NCBI GenBank assembly: GCA_002104945.1
Contig: MCFH01000016.1
Span: 682,001 to 746,000, forward strand
DNA length: 64,000 nucleotides
Direction: 5' to 3'
Source of the DNA: Piromyces finnis finn
Lineage: Eukaryota; Fungi; Neocallimastigomycota
Positions 43,175 to 55,587 of the stretch are shown here, in pieces. The position numbers and the translations under genes are program-made. Under the pieces are notes generated by a model. It searched no databases and had not been told where the DNA came from. It was given only the letters and a program-made list of their open reading frames with translations. Numbering within the stretch: position 1 is the first letter of the stretch; each line of letters starts with the position of its first letter.

Positions 43175-46100
43175 CTTTATAACAATTCATATTATGCATA
43201 TAAATTAATATTTTTAAATAAAAATAAATACAACAATAATAGAACCTTTGGAATTACCAGATTTACTAGCATCATTACAAAAGAAACAAGGAATAAATTC
43301 ACTGACAACACTAGATATACAAAGTAATTCAAATGCAATAAATAATGATAAAAAAAGTAATACTAATTATGATAATAAAGAAAATGCAAAGACAAAAGAG
43401 CAAAGCAAAGGAAATACAACAAATAATCAAGATAATAAAAATATAAATAATAATGTCAATAACTCAAGTAACAATAATAGTAATAATAATTCTAATAATA
43501 ATGCTAATAATGATAATAATAATAATAGTAATAATAATAATAGCAATAATCTAAATAATAATAATAATCTAAACAATAATAATCCAAATAAGATGATAAA
43601 TACTAATAATTCATATATAAATGGAATTCTTAATGAATTAAAAAATGAACATGAAACTAATGTGTTAACACTTTATACTAAATCACTAAATGAAACATTA
43701 GCAAAATTACCATCAATTGTTCAAGGTGAAGATCATTGTATACCAAATTCTCCAATAGAATATAACAGTGATGAAAATAGTGAAATGGAATCTTTAATGG
43801 ATTATAACATTGAAATGGTAGATGGAGAATCTGAAATTATTAAAAAAGAAGTAGATGAGAAAGAAAACATAATAAAAACAGAAGAAATAAAAAATACAGA
43901 AACATTATCATCAATACAAGAGAGCGAGAAAAAAATAGATAAAATGGATTTAGAAAATATAAGTATTGAAAAAGAAAATGTAGATATTAATACCACAAAT
44001 AATATAAATAATAATAATACAAATAATAACATTATAATTGATAAACAATCAACAACAAATGGAGAATCAGAGGATAATACCAATAATTCTACATCTATAC
44101 CACAAAAACGACCACAAAATCCACTAGCGGATAGATATCATAATTCAAAGAAAACTAGGAAGATTATTATTCCTTATGAAACTTCAGTATCATTTGAAGA
44201 TTCTAGAATATTTTCTATCGGTAGAAGTATTGAATCTTTTTGTACACCTAAACCTATTATTAATTCAAAAGTTACTGAAATTAAATCTCATTCTCTTGAT
44301 TCTCATAAAAAAAATAATGCTAAGGATACCAAAGATAATAAAATAAAAGTTTCTCTATCGAACAAAATTACCCTTAAACTTTCTTCACATACCCCACATC
44401 ATCCTCCACCAATCCCATCCGTTAATATATCTGATCTTTTTCATAATATTTACACTGAACTCTCTAATAATGATAAAAAAAATGATGATCCAGATTCATA
44501 TTTCCAACAGCCTTCCCTCCTTACTGAAAATAGTATGGAATCAAATTTAGTTAAAAAAGAAACATCTATCGAATATATGAAATCAATAAAATTTGATCCT
44601 TCCAAAATAAACAATACAAACAACAATACCAATGAGCAATCTCTTAACCTCACCAATAATAATAATGATAATAGCAGTAATAATAATGATGCATTTATGA
44701 CTAATAAGAATACTATAGAAGGAACTATACATGAAAATAAACCAGGTATTAATTTATCAGAACTTCTTTCACTTACCAGTAATAAAATATTTAATACCAT
44801 ATTAAAGAATGAATTTACAGCTGATGATTCCTTATTTGGTTGTAGAAGAGGTGGTGATATTCGTATTGTAGATGAATTAAGTGAATCTATTGTACCAGCT
44901 ATTCAACAACAATCAGAAGAATCTATTGAAAATCGTGATAAAAAGAAGGATAATATAAATGATAAAAATAATAACAATAATGGTCTTCCACCTGGTATTA
45001 GCATAAATGGAATATTGAATAGTATAAGTAAAGAAGATATTCCTCCTCTAACAAAATTAGGAAGTGGTAATGCAGCCAATAAAATATTTCTTCATAATAA
45101 TCATATGAATACACATGTTCATAATGGTGGTACTTCCTCTGTTAATAATACAAATCATATTACCTATAATGATAATGAAAAAGAGAATAATTATAATCAT
45201 GGTTATAGCCATTCTCCAGCTCATAATCGTAATAATGGAATTATGGGATATATGAATTCAGCACCCTCTACTTATCATGCTACTTCAATTACTTCTTCAC
45301 CAACCGGACATTCTAAGCATTCCGGTCATACAATTACTTTCAAGAACCCTAATAGTAAAAAGGATCATGATATATTTGATACTAAAGAAGATAAAATAAA
45401 GAATAGTATAAATATCACTCTACATAAAAAGAAATCTTCGATAACTCATGACGAAACAACAGAAGGATCCGAAAAAATTTACAAAAAGAATAGTTCTCTA
45501 TCGGCAGAGGTAGTTACGCCTACTCACATAAAACTCTTTAAACGTCATAGTACTAATGCAACCTATGTAAATGAAGAAGATGATCATAAAATAGCAAAAG
45601 AAAATACCGATACTTATAATTCACAGGAATTAAAAGAACATGATACCATGGAAGTTTTTAAAGAGGTTGATGAAACGGAACATGAAAAAGATAACAATTT
45701 CAAAAATAATGAAAATGAAAATGGATTAAAAGAGAAAAATAAGTCACCTATAAAGATTATTAACAAATTAAAGTTAGGACTCGGTAAAAAATTAGAATCC
45801 TCTACTACTACATCCACTATACTACCATCAAAATCATTAATATATGAGGATGAAATAAAAGATAAAGAAACCTCCTCTAATGACAAACCAGTGAAAAAGG
45901 CCAATACTATTACCTTAAAGGAATACAAAAAGAATAGCATGGTTAAAGAAAAGGAAGGAGATGACATTATAAGTAATCACGACAGTCATACCGACTTGAA
46001 TATAACGAAGAGTAACAACAAAAAGCTAGATGAAAATGAAGAGAAGAATGAAGAAGATTTCACTGTTCTTTATAGGGAAAATGATAAAGGTTTAACAGAA

Positions 46101-46529
46101 GAGCCTGAATCCTTGGGAAATGAAGTAGATGAATTTATAGAAGAAGATGAAGATGATGAAGAAAACTTCGTAAAAATGTTTGAAAAGGAATTAAATAAAG
46201 AATCGAATGCGGCGGAAGAACAGCACCAAAAAGAAGAAGGGAAAGATACTGAAAATCTATTTGGAGAAGATAATAGTTCTGAAGAAGATTTTAATGATGA
46301 AGAAATAGCCATGGCTATGGAAATGGAAATGGCAATGTCAAAAGAAGAAAATGAGGAGGAGGAGGAAGAAGAAATGGAGAAAAAATATCACGAGGAACTT
46401 TCATCACCTAAAGAATCTAGTCCAACATCATTCCCAGACAATGAAGATATTGAGGAATTTAACGATGATTTTGAAGAATTTAATGATGATGAAGACGAAG
46501 ATGAAATTGGCTTTGATACTATGGAATAA
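42654..46529 (+). CDS. Bromodomain-associated (BTP) histone-fold protein, TAF3/TAF8-like, with a long Asn-rich and acidic tail (~1,229 aa, 2 exons)
   Basis: IAKLLFQAGFEKVNKSSCEVLCDILFNYIQRLG...AEHQGRTKVNIDDITLYFDEIGI. Intron 43057-43242 joins ORF 42654..43085 in frame to ORF 43248..46529 (PEFPM|KPLELPDL). Confidence 0.72.
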
Positions 46530-47477
46530 TCAGAATTGTTATTGTTGTACCATTTTATCTTTTATAAAACCAATCCCTTTTATACAATATATATATTATC
46601 AGTAAAAAAAAAAAAAAAAAAAAAAAATCTTGTAACTTTTTTTTTTATTCTAAAAAGTAGAATCTCTGAAAACAAAATTAATTATTATATATTTAAAATT
46701 AGAAAAATGAATAGAGTGAAAAAAGGAAAGAAAAAAAAAATAAAATAAATTTTATTTCTTTCCTTGTTTTTAATATGTTAATAAAAAATTATAAAAAAAG
46801 AAAAAAAAAAAAATCTTTATTATTATATAATTTATTTAATTTTATTTATTATTTATTATTTATTTTTGATTTATTTTTGATTTATTTTTGATTTATTTTA
46901 CTTATATATTATATTTATATTTTATAGATTTTAGTTATATTTGTGTATAATTATAATTATAAAAAATAAAATAATTATTTTGTTAATTGTATTTATGATT
47001 TATATTGTATTAAATTTAAAATTAATATATCACATTTTATCTTTCCTTTTTAAAAAGGTAAAGTAAAATAAAAAAAAAAAAGTGGATATATTATTTAACT
47101 TTATGTATATCTTTATATATTTAATATATTTTCTGTTTTGTTTTTAATTGTTAATTGAATTGTTGATTTATACAATTTATTATTGTGTTATATATATATA
47201 TATATATATATATTGTTTTAGTTTCGTTCTTAATAATATTGAACTAATAATGTTTGTAAATGTAATAGAGTAAATGAATTATATTATTTTAACATTTTAA
47301 CAAAAACCATTTTCTTTCTTTTATTAATAATTTTATAACCATATTTGGAATTTATTTTCTTTCTTTTTTTTTTTAATTTTTCATTTAATTTATGGTAAAG
47401 ACGATATAGATTATTATACAAGATTAAAGAAATAAGAAGAAGCGATAATATATTTAATTATTTCATGATGCTTTCTT

Positions 47478-48104
47478 TTAATCCTTAATAATCTTTAACA
47501 ATAAATCCTTATATGTACCATAAATTTGTGTTTCACTTTCGATTCTTTCTTCTAAGGTTTTACCATATAAATTTTGATAAGATTCTTTAATTAATTTCAT
47601 AACTTGTGGAGAACGATGACGAATAACTAAACGAATTAATTTTGTGTGTTTAGTGTTAATACCATAAACAGCATTTTCAAATAATTCAGCAATTAATTGA
47701 ACCCTATTCATAGCAGACTTTGCAATATTAGCTAATGCGTTTTGTAAATTACCAGTAAAATTTCTACGAATAGCAGATAAGAAAGTCTTATTATATTTCT
47801 TTTCATACTCATAAAAAATTTTATTTAATTGTTTATCGGTACGATGAGTTAAAATGTTACTATATATAAATATACATATAGAAAAATAAATTTTATTAAA
47901 ATAATTTGTTTGAAAATAATAATAATTATAATAATAATAAATGCATACATAAAAGCTTCTTTATTGTGACCCCATTTTTTACCATCACCAGCTTGATATA
48001 AAATTTCTACATCTTCTTCTGGATTGAAACTTTCAGAAGTATCCTTTTTCTATAAAGTACAGATTATAAAATAAAGCAAAATAAATATATATAATATTAT
48101 TGTT

Positions 48105-48144
<40 letters not shown>

Positions 48145-49044
48145 GTTTTTAATTTTTTATATGGTATAAGTATTATAATTATTATAATAAATAAAAATAA
48201 TAGCATTTTAAAACATACAGATAAAATAGCTAAGAAAAGAGCTCTGAAATCACCTGATAAATTTTCTCTAACATCATCTTCAATTTCCTTTCCATATTTA
48301 GCAGCATAGGCAGTTTTGATAATACCCATATCTTTTTCGGTTCTACCAACCAATACCTCAATTAAAACACTATCATTTGCACCAAACCAACCATTCATAG
48401 CCTTTCAAATAAATAAATACAAAGATTTTAGTTACTTTTTTCAATAAATCTATCATACTGTTATATTTTCTCTTTGTACATTATTAATATTATAATACAA
48501 AATATATTATATACTTACTTCATGAACACAAGCTAAATCATATTCTAGAATTGGAACAGCTAAACCCATACAAAGTACACCAAAGTTACCAATAATGATT
48601 TCCTTGTTAAGAGTACTACTTAATGTCATTTCTTTTTGTAAAAAAAAAAAAACATTAAACATAAATTTTAATTTTCTTAATACTTTGTATATTTATTATA
48701 AAAAGAACATTTTATCAATTTGTCCACTTATAGTTTATTTACCATATGCTTTCTTGTAACCGTTTATAATTTGAACCATTTGTTTTGGAGTACGGCCACC
48801 TAAAATTTCAATAAGAGCCTATAATACAATAATAATAATAATAATAATAAAGAAAAGGAAAAGAAGAAAGTACTACTTTAATAATTTCATAATGAAATTA
48901 TATACTTTTTTTTCAAGAAATTGAATGTTTTATTTTATTACTATTTATTAAGCTTACTTCATAATCAGTACCAGCTCCTTTTACAGCATTTCTTAAAGTC
49001 TTAACATCCTTTTCTACTTCAAAAGCAGTTAATAATTGACTCAT
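47478..49044 (-). CDS. Annexin (four repeats, multi-exon, almost no N-terminal head)
   Basis: MSQLLTAFEVEKDVKTLRNAVKGAGTDYE|ALIEILGGRT; LIEVLVGRT...AYAAKYGKEIEDDVRENLSGDF; EEDVEILYQAGDGKKWG; LIRLVIRHRS..MKLIKESYQNLYGKTLEERI. Confidence 0.93.
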
Positions 49045-51570
49045 TTTTTTTCAATATTAATAATTATTCTTTGTTAAAAGCATATAAACAATATATAAAA
49101 TAATAATAATAGATTATTTAGTGTATATTTTTACAGTCTCCCTTTTTTATATATATTTATTCTTTAAAATTAAAGTATTCACAAAATTCAAATTAATTAA
49201 TATATAATAGATTTTAAAATTATCAAATTTATTATAGTAACATAACTTTAATTTTCAATTGTTAAATATATAATATAAAAAATAATGTTTATGCATTTAA
49301 AACAAATTTCGGTTTTATATTTATAACATTTTTATAAACTATGATTTCTTTTTTTTTTTTTTTCAACCGAAATCTTTATTTTCATTTAATATAACAAGAG
49401 TATTATGAACTATTGATTATAATTATATAAATTTAATAATAAAAAATAGAGTATATTATACTTTTTTTTTTTTTTGAAATTTACATTTTGTTATATAAAT
49501 GAAATGATAATATGGTATATCTTTTTGATTTGTTTGGTATGTTTTATATATGATATATGATATTGTTATTATTAAATACTTATATATTTTTATAAAATAT
49601 AAATATATATTTAGTAAAAATAATAATTATGAAATTAAATTATTTATTTATTTGTTTTTTTTTTAAAATTCTTTCTAAAATAATAAAAAAAAAAAAAAAA
49701 AGAATTATAGCTAAATAATTTTTTTATTATTATGAAAGTATTATTATAAATATTAATAATATTATTTCAATATTATTTGTTAATATATAAAAAATAAAGA
49801 ATATTAATCTTTAAAATTTTAATAAATGTTTTGGATTTCGAATTAACAAAACTCAATTATATATATAATATTATAATAATTAAAATGAAAAGAAAAAGGT
49901 TTTAAAAAAAAATTAAATAATTATTTTGCATTTTGCATTGTACCTATGTATTAAATATATATAAACTTCTATTGAAATAAATATCCCTTTAATTCATCTA
50001 CACAACTACTAAACACTCCACATCCACACTATATTTTTTTTTCATGGAATAATTCCATAATTATATTCTTGACAAATTTAAAAAAAAAATAGAATTTATT
50101 AAAAATTATTTTAAAAAGATATATTTATAAATATATTGTTAATATATTATATTATTAAATTATTATTTTAAAAATCAATGTTAAGTATTATTGAAAGATA
50201 ATAAGGATTCAAAAAAGATAAAGAAAAAAGTAAAAGAAAGAGTGAAATTATTTTATAAAAAAAATATTATAATATTATAATATATGACGATAAACAATAT
50301 TTCTAAATTATGGAGAATAGAAAAAAAAATTAATCTCTACTTGTGCAAGTAATTTAATTTTAAATTAGATATAAAATATCTTTTTTTACAGTATAATTGG
50401 TTTATTTATTTACATATTTATTTAATAATTGAATATATCTTATAATACAATAAGGTATATAAAAAAAAGTGGATGATATCCTTTATATAGGATAAACTAA
50501 ATTTAAAAAATTGGTTAATACATGTATTTAACATAACAATAATACTATGTTGCTAAATATATACAATTTTTTGGTATTAATCGATAAGTTCTGGGAATGA
50601 TATAAATTCCTAATTATTAAACATTGAATTAGTTAATACAATTTTATATTTCATCATACTATATTCTTTGTATGATAATTGATTATTAAAGAAAACTTAT
50701 AATACTTATACCGCCGATAATATACACCAATTAATTGTAATTGATAAAAATCTTAAATATTAACAATTAACAGTATTACAGAATTCTTATTATATTTAAT
50801 TTAATATATTTAAATAATAAATAGAATTAAAAGATTCTTATATAATTAAATTCTTTTTTTAAAAAAAAAAAAATGATGTTACACAAAAATTAATATTCTT
50901 TATAGTTTATTATTTTTGATTTTGATTTATAATTAATAGTGGCGTAAAATTTTATTAATATAAAAAAATCAATTATTTAAGCTATTTAATAGGAAATAAC
51001 TCAAGTACCCAAAAATATGCTTATGTTTAACATTTCATTCATTAACCCTTTATTCAATAATTAATAATATGTTTAAAAAGAAATAATAGAATAAAAAAAT
51101 AAATAATCAATTAGTATATATTGCTGAATTTTATATCCAACTATCCAAAATATTTAATATTAACTATTCATGATAATTAAACTATTTTATTGATTTTTTT
51201 TTTAAAAAAATATATTCATACAATACTTATTTTTTTTTACTACAAAAAAAAGATATACTTTATAATTAATAATTATATTAATATTATACTCTATTTTTAT
51301 TCTATTTTAAAATTTATTATTAGCATCTGTAATTTGAACTCTAATATTAGTTTGGAATATTTACGAATAATATATAAATAATGTATGTTATATTTATATT
51401 TATTATTTAAAAATTGTTATATGTAAAAAATGAAAAAATGTATTCTTTTTTCTTATTTATTAATTATTAAAATTTATTTCTCTGAATGAATAACTCTAAA
51501 AAAAACATAAAATAATAAAAAACTATTATAAATTATGATCATAAAGAAAGTATACAAATAAATAATTAAC

Positions 51571-52359
51571 CTAATAAATATACTTAAATATAAGAATAAC
51601 AATAGCACCACTTAATAAACCACTAATAGATTTTATAACTTGTTTAGCGTCACTACTAGCACTGGCAACAGAAATATTGGATTGACTTACACAATTGTTA
51701 CTCTTTAAGATATCAATATAAGACTTTATTTCATTATTATTATTTGATTGATCTTGAAGAACTGAATTCAAACTTTCTTCAGAAATGGTACCGGCCCCAG
51801 TAATTTGGGTAATAGAAGATTGTAAAAGGTTAGAAGCCTTACCATTAATTTCAGAGGTGTATTCTAAGAATTCAAGAGTATTTTCTCTGCAAATCTTTGA
51901 TTTACAAGAATTATTAATGGCATTTAAAATATCAGTATTTGAAGATTCCTCGATATTTAATTCAATTTCACTAAGTGGACATTCATTTCCAGTTTCATCT
52001 TTTTGGCATTTAATCTTTAAATCACGGATAATTAAATTAACAGAACTATTAACAAGAGCATTAACAAAATTATTACTACTACAAGATGAAAGTAAGTTCA
52101 TTGGATTCTTATAAAAAGATTGACAGGTATTAGTGTTGTAATTATTACATGAAACAATAATGTTTTCTTTTGTAGCAGTTAAAATACAATTCTTTACTCT
52201 GGAAAGCTCGTCTACACAGCCTTGTGAACCTTCATAACCGCTAACAGATGTGATAAGATCTTCAACTCCCACCTTAGAGCTTAATATACTTCCTAAAACA
52301 TATGAACTACTAATTAAATGTAAAATAAATTTCATTGAAAATTTCATTGAAAATTTCAT
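51571..52359 (-). CDS. Intronless secreted Cys-rich, probably GPI-anchored surface protein of unknown function
   Basis: 262-aa ORF with a signal peptide (MKFILHLISSSYVLGSILS), 10 Cys (e.g. CNNYNTNTCQSFY, KCQKDETGNECP, CKSKIC), a small-residue omega region (ASASSDA) and a hydrophobic C-terminus (SGLLSGAIVILIFKYIY). Confidence 0.8.
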   Translation of the reverse strand: MKFSMKFSMKFILHLISSSYVLGSILSSKVGVEDLITSVSGYEGSQGCVDELSRVKNCILTATKENIIVSCNNYNTNTCQSFYKNPMNLLSSCSSNNFVNALVNSSVNLIIRDLKIKCQKDETGNECPLSEIELNIEESSNTDILNAINNSCKSKICRENTLEFLEYTSEINGKASNLLQSSITQITGAGTISEESLNSVLQDQSNNNNEIKSYIDILKSNNCVSQSNISVASASSDAKQVIKSISGLLSGAIVILIFKYIY

Positions 52360-55300
52360 GCTGGATTACTATAAATTAAATCAATATATTGATAGTTATT
52401 GATTTTTTACATTGATATAAATATTATTTTAATTAAAATTAAATAATTGATGTCATTATAAAAAAAATAATTTTAAAAACTTATAATTTCTTTTTTTCAA
52501 TATTATTCATTTTATATACATACTATAATTATTTTTATATAAAAGATATGGTATAATATGTAATATTTAATAATATAATATATGTTTCAAAAGAGTTTTA
52601 TAAATATATAATTTTTTATAACTAAATAAAATTGTTTATTTAAATTAATAATAATATTATTAACAAGAATAAAAAAATAAAAAGAAACCTTTTATTCTCT
52701 TTTATATTTTTTTTTTTTTTACTTTTTTTTTTATACTTAAAAAGAAATAATTGATTCAATACAATTAAATTAATATATTACAACTGTATAATTCATTAAT
52801 ATATTATTTCATTTTTCCATAAAAAATTATTTCTTTTTTTAGATAAAAAAAACAGAATTATTTAAATTAATACAATAATAATTATTATAATTAAATAAAA
52901 AAAAAAAAAAATATTTATTTAGAAAGGTTGGTATTATCCATTGCCACTTGTACTAAAAAAAAAAAAAAAAAGAAAATATTACAATTAAATAATTTCTTTT
53001 AATATCTAAAACAAAAAAGTTATATCAATGGTAATGTTCTTATATACATAAAAATACTTAAAAAATTGTTATTATTATTTATATAATAAGTTAAAAAAAA
53101 AAGTATTAAAATATAATAAAGATTATTATTTATATTTTATATATAACTTTGAATGAAGTTAAACAATAGAATAAAAAAGTACATATGTTTGATATATTCA
53201 TTTAGTAAATTAACCTTTAAATTAAATAATGATATGATTAATTTCAGAAAATGAAAATAATGAAAATAATTATCATATAATATAATAGTTATATTAAAGC
53301 AATAATTATATTATTTATATTTAATCAATTTTATTTAAATAAAAACTATATAAACTTATATTTTTATATTTTATATATTTCAGTTATTATGATGTTAGTA
53401 TTTTTAAAACTATTATATATTTACTTAGTATACAATAAATAGTGTATAAATAAAAGTATAGAAAATAATGAAAAAAACAAAAATTATTGAAAATCTTATT
53501 TAATACTTTTTAAATATAAAAATAAATAAAACATAGTAAAATATAACTAATTTGTTTTATTATTTATCTATCATTTGTATTATTATAGTATAAATTCATT
53601 ATTAGTCTCATTAAATATATAAATTCAATTTTAAAGTTATACTATAATAATGATAAGAGTATTAAACAAACTTAAATTCATTTAATGAGATTTATGTTTA
53701 ATATTTGATTATTATTATTTGAAAATTTTAAACTAACTTTTTTTTTAATTATTAACAATAGCCATTATGAATACTATAAATAATACCTGTTTAAAACCAG
53801 TTATCCTTTAAAGACATTCTCTATATTTTATAAATATAAACATTGTTTATGAAAAAAGAATTTACTTTTAAACTTTTAACATTGAATTTCATTGCATAAA
53901 TAATCAATGAATTTCTTTTTCTTAATCAGTATTAATTATATTTAATATAGATATATTAGGTAATATTAAAAAAGGAAATACTGAAAAAAAAAAAATCATA
54001 AAAGCTTATTATTATTGATGCATGATTAGATTTTATTTCATTCATTCAATATTATGTATACATTAAAATTTACAACGTAAAGGAATTTGTAAATAAACTT
54101 TTTTAACTTTATATATAAAGTATATATTATAATAATTAAAAGATTTTCTTTTTTCATTTTTTATAATGAACATTAATAATGAAAATGGCTAATAAAACTT
54201 AAAATTTTTAATTAATTTGTTAAGTTTTTTTTTCCCATAATAATATAATAAATGGTTTTGTAATGCCTAAGAATAACATTATTGTTGTATTATATCCTTT
54301 TATTTGAAAGTAGAAACTAAATAAAATAAACATAAAATAGATGCTTTTTTTGTTTTAGAATATCTACTCTCTTCAATCAACAACGATATATTATGTATTT
54401 TAAACATTTATTTCAATACTTTAGAATTGAATTATTATAATTATTTTAATTTAATAAAGTATATTTATTTCCTAAAAATAACTAATTAAAAAAATCTTTC
54501 TTTTTTCGGATATAATAAAAAGATTTTACTTTTGAAGTGTTTGATTTTTTTAATATTTTTTTTTTAGTTAATATTGAATTTTTAATTAGTATAAATAAAA
54601 AAGTAATGACTCATTTTTTTTTCTTAGTAGAATAGCATTTTAATTACTTTGAATGTATAAATACTAGAAACATTATATTAAATATGTTGTTACTAAATAA
54701 ATAATATAATAATAAATAGTCTTTAACATTTTTTTTTCAATTCTAGTAAATAAATATAATAAAAATGTTAATTATAAACAATAAGAACATGTTTTTGAAA
54801 AAATAATTTAAAAAGTATTTTAATAAATGGATAATTTATTCATTTAATATTGGCTGACTATAAAAGCCTTTTGAAGAATGTATTTAATGTAATATATTTA
54901 AAATTTATTAATCCATTCTGTAAATATGAAGTTTTCTATTATCTTTATATACCAGTCATAACGTATGACTTATGACTATAGTCTATTATTTTAAAATGGA
55001 AATAGCCTTTTTTATTTATTTACAATAAATAAAAAATGATATTAAAAAAATATATTCTAATAAAGTATCAATATTTTTTTTCAAATATATATCATTTAAA
55101 ACATCAAAAACTTTATTACTTAAGTGATGTATTTTCATATATTATAATATATAATAAACAACTGGGATATCTATTTTTGTAATTATAATATTATTTATTA
55201 TTATTAATACTGTATTATTAAAATGGTAAAACAATTATATAATATATAATTAGTTTTAATACTTTCTTTTCATCTTTTTTTTCCTTATTATATAATAATA

Positions 55301-55464
55301 TAATATTTAAATTAAAAATTTTGTTCTTTATATATGACTAAAGTGGATAAAATTTTTTGTAAAACTTTCTTATTATGGCTTAATTTAACTTTATAGTAAT
55401 TTTTTAATAATTTAAAAAGCTTTATTATTAATTAATTTAATTTCAAAGGATTAGACTTATTTAG

Positions 55465-55587
55465 TTAATAATTTGACAAGTTATAAAGTTAAAAGCAATT
55501 TTATATTTATAGCATATAAAATATACCTTAAATTATCATTTATAAAGATAAAAGCAATTTTAGCTTTATAAGTTATCAAATTGTTAA
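55465..55587. repeat. Imperfect 47-bp inverted repeat (38/47 matches, 29-nt spacer); possible MITE or fold-back remnant
   Basis: Arm 55465-55511 aligned by hand to the reverse complement of arm 55541-55587. Confidence 0.65.

Noticed and set aside
43802-46312. Antisense ORFs over the BTP-protein gene (similar ones lie over 8835-10838, 51785-52114 and 58268-59671)
   Set aside because: Shadow frames of low-complexity coding exons with no independent evidence.
46536-46748. Small ORFs in 3' and intergenic regions (also 6907..7113, 17619..17816, 20727..20921, 21868..22056, 51190..51381)
   Set aside because: They translate homopolymer or intron sequence (poly-K, poly-F, I/Y-rich) and mostly overlap introns of real genes.
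54606-54614. Perfect Gcn4/AP-1 site ATGACTCAT, in the same window as GCN2
   Set aside because: A single 9-mer is plausible by chance in 64 kb, it lies more than 2 kb from either flanking start, and it is unrelated to the GCN2 locus.
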